A stretch of 64,000 bases of DNA from Clostridiales bacterium (GTDB taxonomy: Bacteria > Bacillota > Clostridia > Caldicoprobacterales > UBA3941), in the NCBI GenBank assembly GCA_012518395.1, contig JAAYSJ010000191.1:1550-65549 (forward strand), given 5' to 3'. A program made the translations under genes and the position numbers. Below are positions 18,709 through 29,349 of this stretch, one piece after another. Below the pieces are notes generated by a model. That model made no database searches, was not told where the DNA came from, and worked only from the letters and a program-made list of their open reading frames with translations. Positions within the stretch are counted from its first letter, which is position 1. Every line of letters begins with the position of its first letter.

Positions 18709-18730
18709 GAGCCGGGGACGGTTCTTTTTT
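18709..18730 (+). terminator. Intrinsic terminator/attenuator in the leader of the THUMP methyltransferase gene
   Basis: GAGCCG-GGGA-CGGTTC hairpin (GNRA loop) followed by T6. The 3' arm ACGGTTC is also complementary to GAACCGT at 18636-18642, a possible antiterminator pairing. Confidence 0.5.
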
Positions 18731-18867
18731 GTTATCAAGTACGGGATATAGGGTATATGATTTTAGGATATAATCTTACAGGGGTTGCCTTCATAAATCC
18801 ATTTGCCCATGCGAATGGAATTGTTACAGTGAAACCAAAAGATGAATAGGAAAGATGGGAAATTTCT

Positions 18868-19998
18868 ATGAAAAAATGGGATCTAATTGCTACCGCCACC
18901 TTCGGATTAGAGGCAGTAGTGGCCAGGGAGCTGAGAAATCTAGGGTATCAGGATCTGGAGGTGGAGAATTCCAGAGTATTATTTAAAGGTTCTGCCGCTG
19001 ACATATGCCGGACAAATCTGTGGCTTAGGAGTGCCGATAGGGTTCTAATCAGGATGGGAGAATTTAAAGCCCTAAGCTTTGAAGAGCTCTTTGAAAAGAC
19101 TAAGGCTCTTCCGTGGGAGGAGTTGCTCACTGAGGATGCAGAATTTCCCGTCCAGGGAAAGTCGATAAAATCTAAGCTCTTTAGTGTTCCCGATTGTCAG
19201 GCTATAGTAAAGAAGGCTATTGTGGAAAGGTTAAAACAAAAATATAAAAGGGAATGGTTCGAAGAAACGGGGCCTAGATATAGGCTGGAAGTGGGTATTC
19301 TTAGGGACATAGTTACCCTGACAGTAGATACCAGCGGCCAGGGGCTCCATAAAAGGGGTTATAGGCAGCTGGCTAATCAAGCCCCATTAAAGGAAACCCT
19401 GGCATCGGCATTGGTGGCATTAAGCTATTGGAATACAGGGCGCTATCTCATAGACCCGTTTTGCGGGTCGGGGACGATATTGATAGAAGCGGCTATGCAG
19501 GGGCTTAATATTGCTCCCGGGCTGAACAGAGCCTTTGACGCAGAGGCATGGCCCCAAATTTCCAAAGATATTTGGGAAAAAGCAAAGAGTGAAGCAAGGG
19601 CTGCAACAAAAAATGTCGACTTTCGTCTAATAGGGTATGACATCGATGAACAGGTGCTCTCCATAGCCAGACATAACGCCCAATTGGCCGGGGTAGGGGA
19701 ATATATAGATTTTCATAGGCGACCCTTCTCCGAATTTAGTACCAAAACGAAGTATGGGTGCATAATCAGTAATCCGCCTTATGGAGAGAGAATGGGGGAG
19801 AGGCGTGACGCCCAAAGCCTGTACAGGGAAATGGGGAAAAGATTCAAAGAATTGGATACCTGGTCTATCTATATACTTACTGCGGATGAGGAATTTGAAA
19901 AGCTTTATGGCCGCAGGGCAAGTAAAAAGCGTAAGCTCTATAATGGCAGGATAAAGGTGGATTATTATCAATACTATGGGCCAAGACCCCCAAGTTAA
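18868..19998 (+). CDS. THUMP-domain class I SAM-dependent RNA methyltransferase (YpsC/RlmL-like)
   Basis: N-terminal THUMP-like region, DPFCGSGTILIEAA (SAM motif I) and ISNPPYGERMG (motif IV). Confidence 0.9.
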   Translation: MKKWDLIATATFGLEAVVARELRNLGYQDLEVENSRVLFKGSAADICRTNLWLRSADRVLIRMGEFKALSFEELFEKTKALPWEELLTEDAEFPVQGKSIKSKLFSVPDCQAIVKKAIVERLKQKYKREWFEETGPRYRLEVGILRDIVTLTVDTSGQGLHKRGYRQLANQAPLKETLASALVALSYWNTGRYLIDPFCGSGTILIEAAMQGLNIAPGLNRAFDAEAWPQISKDIWEKAKSEARAATKNVDFRLIGYDIDEQVLSIARHNAQLAGVGEYIDFHRRPFSEFSTKTKYGCIISNPPYGERMGERRDAQSLYREMGKRFKELDTWSIYILTADEEFEKLYGRRASKKRKLYNGRIKVDYYQYYGPRPPS

Positions 19999-20133
19999 GC
20001 AAAAATTGGATACAGATTATTCTATCTTTTCCGACATATTACTTGTATAATATAGTAGCATGCACATGATAAGAACCGCTACATCATGTATTAGGCTTTA
20101 TATACCAAAAGACAAGGAAAGGGCGTAAGGGGC

Positions 20134-21666
20134 TTGAATGTGAAAAGGTTAAGTTTGATTATAGCAATACTCATGCTATTTTTTGTAGTACAGGGTTGTG
20201 TAGCCAATGTACAATCGTCTAAGGACAAAAACCCGGGGGATTCTGTTGAAAATGGAGATAATCCCACTGCTGAAGGCGAAAATCCTGAACAGAGTGATAA
20301 CAGCCAAGCAGGGGAAGATGATAATGACGGGGATTTGGAAGAAGGTATTGGGGAAGAAGAACCCGATAAATCGAAAAACATAGTATTTGTTAGTGGTGAC
20401 ATGCTAAATGTTCGGGAAGAACCTGATGCCCAATCGGAAAAAGTGGGTCATCTTTTAAAGGGCAGCGTTGTCAAGGTATTAGAAGAAAAAACTGTAGGTG
20501 AGGGGGAAGAACAGGATAAGTGGTTCTATATCTCCTTCGGTGAGGGGCAGCAGGCTATAGAAGGCTGGATATCTGCAGAATTTACTGTCGCAGACAGGGA
20601 AGATCTTTTGGGCGAAGAATACAAGACTTTGGATTTTTCACCCCAAGCAAAGATAGATGAATATCCCGAAAACCCCAGGGTAAAGGTGAAGGGCGCGTAT
20701 ATGACCATATACTCAGCCTCCGGGGGTCGGTTGGATACCATGATCGAGATGACAAAAACAACGGGATTAAATGCCTTTGTAATAGATGTAAAAGATGATA
20801 ACGGCAATATGCTCTTTTATACAGAGGCTGCAGAAAAGTTTGCTCCTGAGGCTAATAAGCTGGTACCCATAAAGGACATAGATGCCTTTATGAAAAAACT
20901 GAAGGATAACGATATCTATGCCATAGCCAGAATCGTTACCTTTAAGGATCCCATATACACGGAAAAATATCCTGAACGATCCATTCTGGATAAAAGAACA
21001 GGAAAAGCTCATATGCAGCAAGATGGATTGCGCTGGGCCAGCGCCTACGACAGGCAGTTATGGGAATATGATGTGGCAGTAGCAAAAGAAGCAGCAAAGG
21101 CCGGGTTTAATGAGATACAATTTGATTATGTACGACTCCCTGATTCAGGTGGCGGGAAGTTGGACGAGGTTTTGGACTACCGTAATACAGGTAATGAATC
21201 CAAACCCCAGATAATACAGGACTTCTTAAAGTATGCCTATAAAGAATTGTCCCCAGAAAAGGTATATGTCAGTGCTGATATATACGGTCTTGTACCTTCA
21301 GTAGCGGACGATATGGGCTTGGGGCAGTATTGGGAAGCGGTCAGCAATGTGGTAGACTATGTGAGTCCCATGATGTATCCCAGTCACTATGCCAACCAAA
21401 CCTACAATCTGCCTGTGCCCGACGCATACCCCTATGAAACTATCTTTAATTGTACTAGGGATGCTGTGGCAAGGAACGAGAATGTAGAAACACCCGCAAT
21501 TATAAGACCATGGATTCAGGACTTTACCGCCAACTGGGTAAAAGGACACATCGAGTATGGTGAAAAAGAAGTCCGGGCGCAGATAAAGGCCTTGGAAGAA
21601 AACGGTGTTGATGAGTTTATGCTTTGGAACCCTAATAACCGTTATTCCTCGGATGCTTTAAAATAG
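20134..21666 (+). CDS. Lipoprotein with acidic linker, SH3-like domain and DUF4015-type putative glycoside hydrolase TIM-barrel
   Basis: Signal/lipobox LFFVVQGC. SH3b-like block VSGDMLNVREEPDAQSEKVGHLLKGSVVKV. C-terminal NAFVIDVKDDNGNMLFY...FDYVRLPD...SPMMYPSHY blocks. The TTG start (20134) or GTG (20140) is uncertain. Confidence 0.7.
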   Translation: MNVKRLSLIIAILMLFFVVQGCVANVQSSKDKNPGDSVENGDNPTAEGENPEQSDNSQAGEDDNDGDLEEGIGEEEPDKSKNIVFVSGDMLNVREEPDAQSEKVGHLLKGSVVKVLEEKTVGEGEEQDKWFYISFGEGQQAIEGWISAEFTVADREDLLGEEYKTLDFSPQAKIDEYPENPRVKVKGAYMTIYSASGGRLDTMIEMTKTTGLNAFVIDVKDDNGNMLFYTEAAEKFAPEANKLVPIKDIDAFMKKLKDNDIYAIARIVTFKDPIYTEKYPERSILDKRTGKAHMQQDGLRWASAYDRQLWEYDVAVAKEAAKAGFNEIQFDYVRLPDSGGGKLDEVLDYRNTGNESKPQIIQDFLKYAYKELSPEKVYVSADIYGLVPSVADDMGLGQYWEAVSNVVDYVSPMMYPSHYANQTYNLPVPDAYPYETIFNCTRDAVARNENVETPAIIRPWIQDFTANWVKGHIEYGEKEVRAQIKALEENGVDEFMLWNPNNRYSSDALK

Positions 21667-21760
21667 GAAACTAGAGGTTGGAAGTTAGGAGTCAGAAATT
21701 TAAAGTTAGATGTTGGAAGTTGGAACTTGGAAGATAAACTGTAGAAACAATTCTGTATAG

Positions 21761-21791
21761 AACAGGCCGCTCCGTAATGGGGCGGCCTGTT
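21761..21791. terminator. GC-rich hairpin between convergent genes (possible bidirectional terminator)
   Basis: AACAGGCCGC / GCGGCCTGTT 10-bp perfect stem with an 11-nt loop. The U-tracts are weak on both strands. Confidence 0.5.
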
Positions 21792-21825
21792 GTACTATTC
21801 TCGATTATTCTATTAAGTGGGGGGA

Positions 21826-23631
21826 TTAGCCCTGCAATCTTTCTTTCAGCGCAGCAAGCTGCTTTTTCAATTCCTCAGGCAACCTGTCTCCATATTTTTT
21901 ATAGTATTCTTCAACAGATGCCGCTTCCTTAAGCCATCTTTCTTTATCAACTTCAAGGAGCTTCTTCATATCAGCCTCACTGACGTTTAAGCCTTCTGTA
22001 TCAATGGCATCAAGCGTAGGCATGTACCCAATAGGTGTTTTCTCAGCCTTGCCGGTACCTGCAGCCCGCTCAAAGACCCATTTCAGTACCCGGCTGTTCT
22101 CGCCAAATCCGGGCCATAGCCAATTACCTTCCTCGTCTTTGCGGAACCAATTGACATAAAAGATTTTCGGCAGCTTGTCTGGGTCGGCTTTTTTTCCTAT
22201 CTCCAACCAATGCTTCAGATAATCACCCATGTGGTAACCGCAGAAGGGGAGCATAGCAAAGGGATCTCTGCGCACCTGGCCTATATTATCGGATATAGCA
22301 GCCGCGGTAATCTCCGAGCCCATAATGGAACCCATGAATACACCGTGTTCCCAGTCAAAGCTTTCGTGAACTAATGGAATAGTGCTGGGACGGCGTCCTC
22401 CAATAAGAATAGCGGAGATGGGGACTCCTGCCGGATCTTCCCATTCAGGGGCAATAGAGGGACATTGGCTTGCCGGTGCTGTAAACCTGGCATTAGGATG
22501 AGCAGCAGGCTTGTCACTATCAGGTGACCAGTCGTTTCCATGCCAATCGATCAAATGATCCGGTGCATCGTGGTCGATACCTTCCCACCAGACATCTCCA
22601 TCATCTGTCAAGGCTACGTTTGTATAAATAGTATTCTTTTCTATGCTATGCATTGCGTTAGGATTAGAATGCATGGAAGTGCCGGGTGCCACACCAAAGA
22701 AACCAGCTTCGGGGTTAATGGCATAAAGTCGGCCGTCTTCTCCAAATTTCATCCATGCAATGTCATCGCCAATAGTCTCTACCTTCCAACCAGGGATAGT
22801 AGGTATAAGCATAGCCAGGTTAGTTTTTCCACAGGCACTTGGGAAAGCGCCAGTGATGTATTTTACGTTACCTTCAGGGTCTGTAAGTTTTAAGATAAGC
22901 ATATGTTCTGCAAGCCAGCCTTCGTCCCTAGCTTGGACAGAAGCAATCCTAAGGGCAAAGCATTTTTTCCCTAATAATGCATTACCGCCGTATCCTGAAC
23001 CGTAAGACCATATGGTTCGTTCTTCCGGGAACTGGCTTATATACTTCTGCTCCATCGGGGCGCAGGGCCAGGGAACATCCTTTTCACCTTCAGCCAGCGG
23101 TGCACCAACTGAATGCAGGCAGGGAACAAATTCACCATCGTCTCCGAGAACGTCCAAAATTTTCTTGCCCATACGGGTCATAATACGCATATTTACTACT
23201 ACATAGGGACTGTCGGTCAGTTCGACGCCGATTTTTGAGGCAGGGGAACCAACGGGACCCATGGAAAAGGGGATAACATACATGGTTCTACCCTTCATAC
23301 AACCTTTATAAAGGCCTTTCATGGTCTCCTTTAATTCCACAGGGTCGATCCAATTATTGGTGGGACCTGCGTCTTCTTGCTTTACAGAGGCAATATAGGT
23401 TCTATCTTCAACACGGGCTACGTCGGACGGGTCGCTTCTAAACAGATAGCAACCGGGTCTCTTTTCAGGATCTAATTTCGTCGCTGCTCCCGCATCTACC
23501 GTCTCTTGCAACAGGCGCTCGTTTTCTTCCGAGGAACCATCACACCAATAGATGGCATCGGGCTGGCACATATCCGCCATTTCTTGCACCCAATCTAAAA
23601 GTTTCTGGTTTGAAGTCATTGTTTCACTCAT
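21826..23631 (-). CDS. pckG: Phosphoenolpyruvate carboxykinase (GTP)
   Basis: 601 aa. FPSACGKTN kinase-1a motif, [15 protein letters not shown] and DDIAWM blocks typical of GTP-PEPCK. Confidence 0.95.
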   Translation of the reverse strand: MSETMTSNQKLLDWVQEMADMCQPDAIYWCDGSSEENERLLQETVDAGAATKLDPEKRPGCYLFRSDPSDVARVEDRTYIASVKQEDAGPTNNWIDPVELKETMKGLYKGCMKGRTMYVIPFSMGPVGSPASKIGVELTDSPYVVVNMRIMTRMGKKILDVLGDDGEFVPCLHSVGAPLAEGEKDVPWPCAPMEQKYISQFPEERTIWSYGSGYGGNALLGKKCFALRIASVQARDEGWLAEHMLILKLTDPEGNVKYITGAFPSACGKTNLAMLIPTIPGWKVETIGDDIAWMKFGEDGRLYAINPEAGFFGVAPGTSMHSNPNAMHSIEKNTIYTNVALTDDGDVWWEGIDHDAPDHLIDWHGNDWSPDSDKPAAHPNARFTAPASQCPSIAPEWEDPAGVPISAILIGGRRPSTIPLVHESFDWEHGVFMGSIMGSEITAAAISDNIGQVRRDPFAMLPFCGYHMGDYLKHWLEIGKKADPDKLPKIFYVNWFRKDEEGNWLWPGFGENSRVLKWVFERAAGTGKAEKTPIGYMPTLDAIDTEGLNVSEADMKKLLEVDKERWLKEAASVEEYYKKYGDRLPEELKKQLAALKERLQG

Positions 23632-23909
23632 GCGATTACTCCTTTGCAGTTTGATATTTATATAGCAATAAAACAGTGGTACGATTTAGCTCATTTGAAG
23701 GACAATTAGTTTACTATATAGTACAAAATATTACCTAAATAGTTCCCCATACTATCGTAACACAAAAAAAATATTTTTACTATAGAAATTTTGAAATTTT
23801 TATAAAAAGCTACTATATTCTACAGAGAATATGATAGATATTTAACAACTGAACCTGATAACACTAATTTTTTTCCAATACTAGACAATATTATATATAG
23901 ATAGATATA

Positions 23910-23955
23910 TTATCTCTATTATTAGGTTGGGTCATCATCCTAACAATAGAGATAA
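23910..23955 (-). terminator. Hairpin downstream of ftsH
   Basis: TTATCTCTATTATTAGG / CCTAACAATAGAGATAA 17-bp stem (one mismatch), starting 21 nt after the ftsH stop. An AT-rich tail follows rather than a clean U-run. Confidence 0.5.
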
Positions 23956-23975
23956 TCCATAAAGTTCAGCTAAAT

Positions 23976-25823
23976 TTATGCTGTATATTTATTTTCGCTA
24001 TTGAGAAGCCCCATAAACTGCTCACCGGTAATAGTTTCCTCATTGTAAAGAAATTCAGCCAGCTCATGGAGTTTAGCCTTATTATCCGTCAATATCTGTA
24101 CAGCCCTTTGATAGGCCGATTGGATTAATTCTTTTACTTCGATATCTATAAGCTCGCTGGTTTTAGGGGAACAGGCTAAGGATGAATCCCCGCCTAAATA
24201 TATATTATTTTGGGTTTCCAGAGCCATCATGCCAAATTCACCACTCATCCCAAATCGGGTGACCATAGCCCTAGCAATTTTGGTTACCTGTTCTATATCA
24301 TTAGCCGCGCCTGTAGTAATTTCTTCGAATATGACTTCTTCCGCTGCCCGGCCACCGCAGATAGTAACCATTCTATTGAAGGTCTCGGTTTTGGTCATTA
24401 GGGATTTTTCATTTTCCTCTACCTGCATGGTATAGCCTAATGCCCCCGAGGTTCTGGGAATAATAGTAATCTTGTGGATAGGAGCGGTGTCTGTTTGTTT
24501 TGCTGCTACCAGTGCATGACCGATCTCATGATAAGCAACGACCTTTTTTTCTTCGGGTGAGAGGATAGCATTTTTCTTTTGATGCCCGGCAATAACCACT
24601 TCTATAGATTCTTCCAGGTCTTCCTGGGTAACACGTGGATGCCCCATCCTCACCGCCCGCAATGAAGCTTCGTTAACGACGTTGGCGATCTCAGCTCCGG
24701 ATGCTCCGGCAGTTGCCCTTCCTAAAATATCATAATTGATGCCCCTGCTCATTTTATAATTTTCCGCATGGACCTGAAATATAGCTATTCGCCCCTGTAA
24801 ATCCGGAAGCTCTACAGGTATCTGCCTGTCAAAACGACCCGGTCGCAGTAGGGCAGGATCCAGAACCTCCGGGCGGTTGGTAGCCGCAAGCAGGATGACC
24901 CCGGAATCTCCTTCAAAGCCGTCCATTTCAGCCAGGAGCTGGTTAAGGGTCTGCTCCCTTTCATCGTTAGTATTTAATCCACTATCTCGTTTCTTACCTA
25001 TGGTGTCTATCTCATCAATAAATACAATGCAGGGGGCTTTTTTCTTGGCTTCACCAAACAAATCCCTTACCCTTGCGGCTCCGCGGCCTACGAACATCTC
25101 CACAAATTCGGATCCTGCTATGGTGAAAAAGGGAACATCGGCTTCCCCTGCAGCAGCCTTGGCCATTAGAGTCTTACCTGTTCCGGGCGGGCCAACTAAC
25201 AAAACGCCCCTTGGGCATTTCGCGCCAATTTCGGAATACCGTTCTGGACGGGAAAGATAATCCACCACTTCAGTTAGGGCTTCTTTGGCTTCTTCTTGGC
25301 CGGCTACATCCTTAAAGGTCTTTTTGTCACCGGTAGGCACATATATTTTGCCGGTATTCTTTCCAAAAGACAAGCCCCCGGAGCCCATCCTATCGCCCAG
25401 CATCTTACTCATCCTCCGTCCTATCAACCAAAAGATTAGAATAGGGATACCATAGGATAGGAGAAGGTTCAAAAGGTAATTCGGCTGGCTTGGGATTACA
25501 GCGCCAAAATCTACATTATGGGCTCGTAGCAGGGATACCAATTCAGGGTCGTCCACGTAGCCGGTTTTATAGTAGGTATCCTCGCCTTTCGGATCCTTAA
25601 CCACGAAAGATATTTCATTGAGATCCATCTCCACTGCGGTCACTTCATTTGATTCAATTTTATCCAAGAAATCCGAGTACCCTACTTCTACCACCTTGGG
25701 TTTGGTCAGATAGGGAAAAACAAGCCAGTTCAGCAATAATACAGCCAGAAAGGCTATGCCATAAAAATATAAAATGGGTCTGGGCGTCCCCGGTTTTTTA
25801 TCCCTGTTATTCTTTTTAAACAT
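23976..25823 (-). CDS. ftsH: ATP-dependent zinc metalloprotease FtsH
   Basis: GPPGTGKT Walker A, DEID Walker B, SRH region and the HEIGHAL zinc motif. Two N-terminal TM segments. Confidence 0.95.
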   Translation of the reverse strand: MFKKNNRDKKPGTPRPILYFYGIAFLAVLLLNWLVFPYLTKPKVVEVGYSDFLDKIESNEVTAVEMDLNEISFVVKDPKGEDTYYKTGYVDDPELVSLLRAHNVDFGAVIPSQPNYLLNLLLSYGIPILIFWLIGRRMSKMLGDRMGSGGLSFGKNTGKIYVPTGDKKTFKDVAGQEEAKEALTEVVDYLSRPERYSEIGAKCPRGVLLVGPPGTGKTLMAKAAAGEADVPFFTIAGSEFVEMFVGRGAARVRDLFGEAKKKAPCIVFIDEIDTIGKKRDSGLNTNDEREQTLNQLLAEMDGFEGDSGVILLAATNRPEVLDPALLRPGRFDRQIPVELPDLQGRIAIFQVHAENYKMSRGINYDILGRATAGASGAEIANVVNEASLRAVRMGHPRVTQEDLEESIEVVIAGHQKKNAILSPEEKKVVAYHEIGHALVAAKQTDTAPIHKITIIPRTSGALGYTMQVEENEKSLMTKTETFNRMVTICGGRAAEEVIFEEITTGAANDIEQVTKIARAMVTRFGMSGEFGMMALETQNNIYLGGDSSLACSPKTSELIDIEVKELIQSAYQRAVQILTDNKAKLHELAEFLYNEETITGEQFMGLLNSENKYTA

Positions 25824-26271
25824 CTATTTCCTCCATTCTCTCCGTTATAAAGGCAAGAAATTCTTTCATTCCTGTTATTGCATCTTCGTGTCTTTTCAAA
25901 TCTCCCCCAAGGATTTGGTTTTGTATGGGGATCAAATTATATTTATAAAATAAATCAAGCTTTTCCTTCCCCTTAGAGGTAAGGACTACTATTGTCACTC
26001 TTAGGTCACCATCTGCTCTTTGGCGGATCAGGAGCCCTTTTTTAACCAATCCTTGGCAGGTACGGCTTACGTTGCCAAAGTCACGGCTTATCCCTTTGGA
26101 TAATTCGCTGATGCTTAGGCCTTCCGTGCCGTCCAGCTCCAATAACACCCGAAGCTCCCGGGGGGTAATATCATATCTGACTTGCATCCTTCGCTCAAGT
26201 ATATTCATCAAAGATTGGGCATAGGTGAGCAGATCCCAAATTTCCATACATGATATAGGCCTTTTATCCAT
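25816..26271 (-). CDS. MarR-family transcriptional regulator
   Basis: wHTH core ITPRELRVLLELDGTEGLSISELSKGISRDFGNVSRTCQGLVKKGLLIR. The preferred start MDKRP (26271) follows GAAAGGA. The stop overlaps the ftsH start by 8 nt (ATGTTTAA). Confidence 0.8.
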   Translation of the reverse strand: MDKRPISCMEIWDLLTYAQSLMNILERRMQVRYDITPRELRVLLELDGTEGLSISELSKGISRDFGNVSRTCQGLVKKGLLIRQRADGDLRVTIVVLTSKGKEKLDLFYKYNLIPIQNQILGGDLKRHEDAITGMKEFLAFITERMEEIDV

Positions 26272-26563
26272 TCTGAATCCTTTCAACAGTATTGAACAAT
26301 TGTATGTTGCATACATATATTATACAGCAATATATGCCTATATGCAATTAGTTTTTTGCAGCCGATAGTTAATTACATCTCAATGATGAATCTTAAAATC
26401 CTTTTTAGGGTGGCAATTGTTAAGCGGTGGCTATATAATGGTTTCAATTGTACAGCAGGTTTTTGAAAGAGAACAAGGGAACGGTAGGAATATTGGCTGG
26501 AAGTATAATTGTTGCCTCGGCGCTCTTGATCTTGGTATACAGAAAGAAGGGATTGCAGAACAG

Positions 26564-27250
26564 ATGAAGTATAGGGACATTAGACGGGCAAAGTTTATAA
26601 AAAGACCCAATAGGTTTATAGCAAGAGTAGAGCTGGAGGGCAAGGAAGAGATAGTCCATGTAAAGAATACGGGACGGTGCAGGGAAATTTTTGTCGAAGG
26701 CACAACGGTGATATTAGAGAAATCAGATAACCCAAATAGAAAGACAAAGTATTCTGTAATAGGCGGATATAAAGGGGATCTTCTTATAAATACGGATTCA
26801 CAGGTACCAAATTCTGTAGTCCATGGGGCCCTTGCAGATAATAAAATAATAGAGATCCCGGGCATCGTCCATATTAAGCGGGAGGTAACTTTTGGGGATT
26901 CTCGTTTTGATATCTATTTTGAAACCGGAGCGGAGAAAGGTTTCATTGAAGTCAAGGGTGTTACTTTGGAGAACAATGGAATATGTAGCTTTCCCGATGC
27001 CCCTACCCAAAGAGGTATAAAACATGTATACGAAATGATAAAGGCAGTAGAGATGGGGTATAGGGGCTATATATTTTTTCTTGTTCAAATGGAGGGCATG
27101 AAATATTTTATTCCCAACGATGAGACAGACCCGGTTTTTGGCCGGGCTTTACGGGAAGCCCATCAAGCCGGAGTAGATATATTGGTCTATGATAGCCTGG
27201 TCAAAGAGGATGAAATCCTTATAGGTAAAAGACTGGATTACTACCTGTAA
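26564..27250 (+). CDS. sfsA: Sugar fermentation stimulation protein SfsA (DNA-binding/nuclease-fold)
   Basis: MKYRDIRRAKFIKRPNRFIARVEL... and C-terminal FPDAPTQRGIKHV. The track start at 26417 adds 49 non-homologous residues. Confidence 0.9.
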   Translation: MKYRDIRRAKFIKRPNRFIARVELEGKEEIVHVKNTGRCREIFVEGTTVILEKSDNPNRKTKYSVIGGYKGDLLINTDSQVPNSVVHGALADNKIIEIPGIVHIKREVTFGDSRFDIYFETGAEKGFIEVKGVTLENNGICSFPDAPTQRGIKHVYEMIKAVEMGYRGYIFFLVQMEGMKYFIPNDETDPVFGRALREAHQAGVDILVYDSLVKEDEILIGKRLDYYL

Positions 27251-27497
27251 TGGGATCCAAAGCATAACCATGGCTTGGTTGACCCACTAATAGATATATT
27301 GTATAATAATTGACAAATCTTTCGATAATATAAAAATGATTCAATGGGGATTAATAAAGAACCCGAGCATTCAGCATGGATGCAGCTCTCCTATTTTAGA
27401 CATATATAGGGGCTTTTTTTAGGTTTACTGGTTTTACATATGATTTTAGGTTAGGGCAACAAAAGATTATCAATAACATAGAAAGAGGGTAGAGTAC

Positions 27498-28949
27498 ATG
27501 TATTTGCTAGGAGTCGATTTAGGCACAACTGGTTGTAAAAGTATGGTTTTTGATTTGGAAGGCAATATATTAGGCTCTTACTATATCGAATATGAGCTTA
27601 TTTTTACCCCTGAAGGGGTAGAACAGGATGCTAACGCATGGTGGAATAATACTAAAACAGCCGTTAAAGGTGCACTAGAAGAGGCTGGCATAGATGGTGA
27701 AAAGGTATTATCCGTATCCGTAAGCTCCCAGGGAATAGCCTTTGTTCCTGTGGACAAAGAAGGAAATACCCTAATGAACGCCATAAGCTGGTATGATGCA
27801 AGGGCTGTTGATGAAGTTGCCCGTATAAAAGAAGATTATGATAACTTTGAAATTTTCTCCCGAACCGGAAGGCAGATCACACCGGTTGTTTTTCCAAAGG
27901 TGATGTGGCTGAAGAAAAATAGGCCTGAAATATATGAAAAGGCCTCCACCTTTTTAATGGGGTTGGATTTCTTGTTATATCGTTTTAGCGGTAACACCAC
28001 AACAGATTACACCATGGCCAGCGGTACCCTATGCTATGATACTGCAAAGAGGGAATGGATACCGGAACTCTTTGAAAGATATGGTATTGATATGGATAGA
28101 TTTCCGCAGATACATTGTTTTGGCGATGTTGTAGGTACTGTTCTGCCGGAAGTTGCCGAGGAGCTTGGCTTATCCACGAAAACAAAGGTAGTAATGGGAC
28201 TCCAGGATCAAAAAGCCGGGGCTTCGGGGGCAGGTATTAATGAAGAGATTATGACTATCTCTCTGGGTACTGCAAGCGCTATTTCTTCTATTGCTAAACG
28301 GCATGTTACAGATGATAATATGGCGGTTGCTTGCCATGGATTTGACCGTAATCGCTGGATGCTGGAAAATAATGTGGGAACTGCAGGCTCTGCACTGAAA
28401 TGGGTAAGAGATACCTTGTTTTCACAAAAATCCTATCGGGAGATGGATGCCCTTGCTGAGAAAGCACCGGTTGGCTCTAATGGGGTTATTTTTCACCCTT
28501 TTCTTGTAAGAGGTGAATCTGGGCATGGCAAGGGAACCTTTGCCAGAATCGCTTTGGATGCTACCCAAGGCGATATAATCCGATCTGTTTTAGAAGGCAT
28601 AGCCTATGAAATAAAAATTTGTATTGATGCACATAAACGGGTAAGTGATATAGCACGAAAGGCGAAGGAACTTCACGTGTTTGGCGGGGGGGCAGTAAGC
28701 AGCCTATGGTGTCAGATAATAGCAGACATAGCTAATATGCCTGTAGTTATACCAAGAACCTATGAGACGGGTAACTTGGGTGCCGCCCTGTGTGCTGGAA
28801 TTGGTGCCGGTGTATTTAAGAATTTGGATGATGCCAAGGCTTTTGTAGGCAAACCACAAAAGGAATACTTGCCTAATAAAGAGAACAGCAAGGCGTATAA
28901 AGAAAAGTTTGAAGAATATACAGAGTGGAAAAGGAATTCGAACCACTAA
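27498..28949 (+). CDS. FGGY-family carbohydrate kinase (xylulokinase/glycerol-kinase-like)
   Basis: MYLLGVDLGTTGCKSMVFD..., GTAGSALKW and FGGGAVSSLWCQIIADI blocks. Confidence 0.85.
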   Translation: MYLLGVDLGTTGCKSMVFDLEGNILGSYYIEYELIFTPEGVEQDANAWWNNTKTAVKGALEEAGIDGEKVLSVSVSSQGIAFVPVDKEGNTLMNAISWYDARAVDEVARIKEDYDNFEIFSRTGRQITPVVFPKVMWLKKNRPEIYEKASTFLMGLDFLLYRFSGNTTTDYTMASGTLCYDTAKREWIPELFERYGIDMDRFPQIHCFGDVVGTVLPEVAEELGLSTKTKVVMGLQDQKAGASGAGINEEIMTISLGTASAISSIAKRHVTDDNMAVACHGFDRNRWMLENNVGTAGSALKWVRDTLFSQKSYREMDALAEKAPVGSNGVIFHPFLVRGESGHGKGTFARIALDATQGDIIRSVLEGIAYEIKICIDAHKRVSDIARKAKELHVFGGGAVSSLWCQIIADIANMPVVIPRTYETGNLGAALCAGIGAGVFKNLDDAKAFVGKPQKEYLPNKENSKAYKEKFEEYTEWKRNSNH

Positions 28950-29021
28950 CAATTTCAGATATGTAGATTCAATAGTCTGTTTCACTACGCAACATGATAC
29001 TATAATAAATTTAATATGGAG

Positions 29022-29044
29022 AGACCCCAAGCAGGGGTCTTTTT
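29022..29044 (+). terminator. Rho-independent terminator
   Basis: AGACCCC-AAGCA-GGGGTCT followed by TTTT. Confidence 0.8.
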
Positions 29045-29163
29045 ATATGCTGATTTTAGCACAAATTAGCCATAGGGCAACGGTAAAACGGATGATGCTC
29101 TCTATGATCAGGATAAGGATAGACTTATAACAAAGCATTTAAACATATGTATATAAAAATTCT

Positions 29164-29191
29164 TTAGAAATTCTGTTTATAATGTTATAAT
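29164..29191 (+). promoter_or_regulatory. Candidate promoter TTAGAA-N16-TATAAT (duplicated TATAAT boxes)
   Basis: TATAAT at 29178-29183 and at 29186-29191. TTAGAA at 29164-29169 is 16 nt from the second box. This implies a ~160-nt leader before the surface-protein gene. Confidence 0.35.
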
Positions 29192-29349
29192 GAGCGATAT
29201 GTACTATGCTTATTTAATTTATGCTTATGTAACGGGTAAATACTTTCCCGAAAAAGCCCCTACGTTGGGGGTATATGCATAGCAATCGTTGTATTATTGA
29301 TATAAAGGGAATATAGTTAGTTGAAATTGAATGAAGGGATGAATAGAAT

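Noticed and set aside
21671-21735. Micro-repeats of TTGGAAG/GTTGGAAGTT after the DUF4015 gene
   Set aside because: These are only 2-3 short, irregular copies in a 3' UTR next to a terminator hairpin. They have no array-like regularity, so this is not a CRISPR or VNTR.
23700-23830. Four TACTATA motifs spaced ~30-37 nt apart upstream of pckG
   Set aside because: The region is extremely AT-rich. The motif is just the reverse complement of a -10-like TATAGT, and the spacing is irregular.
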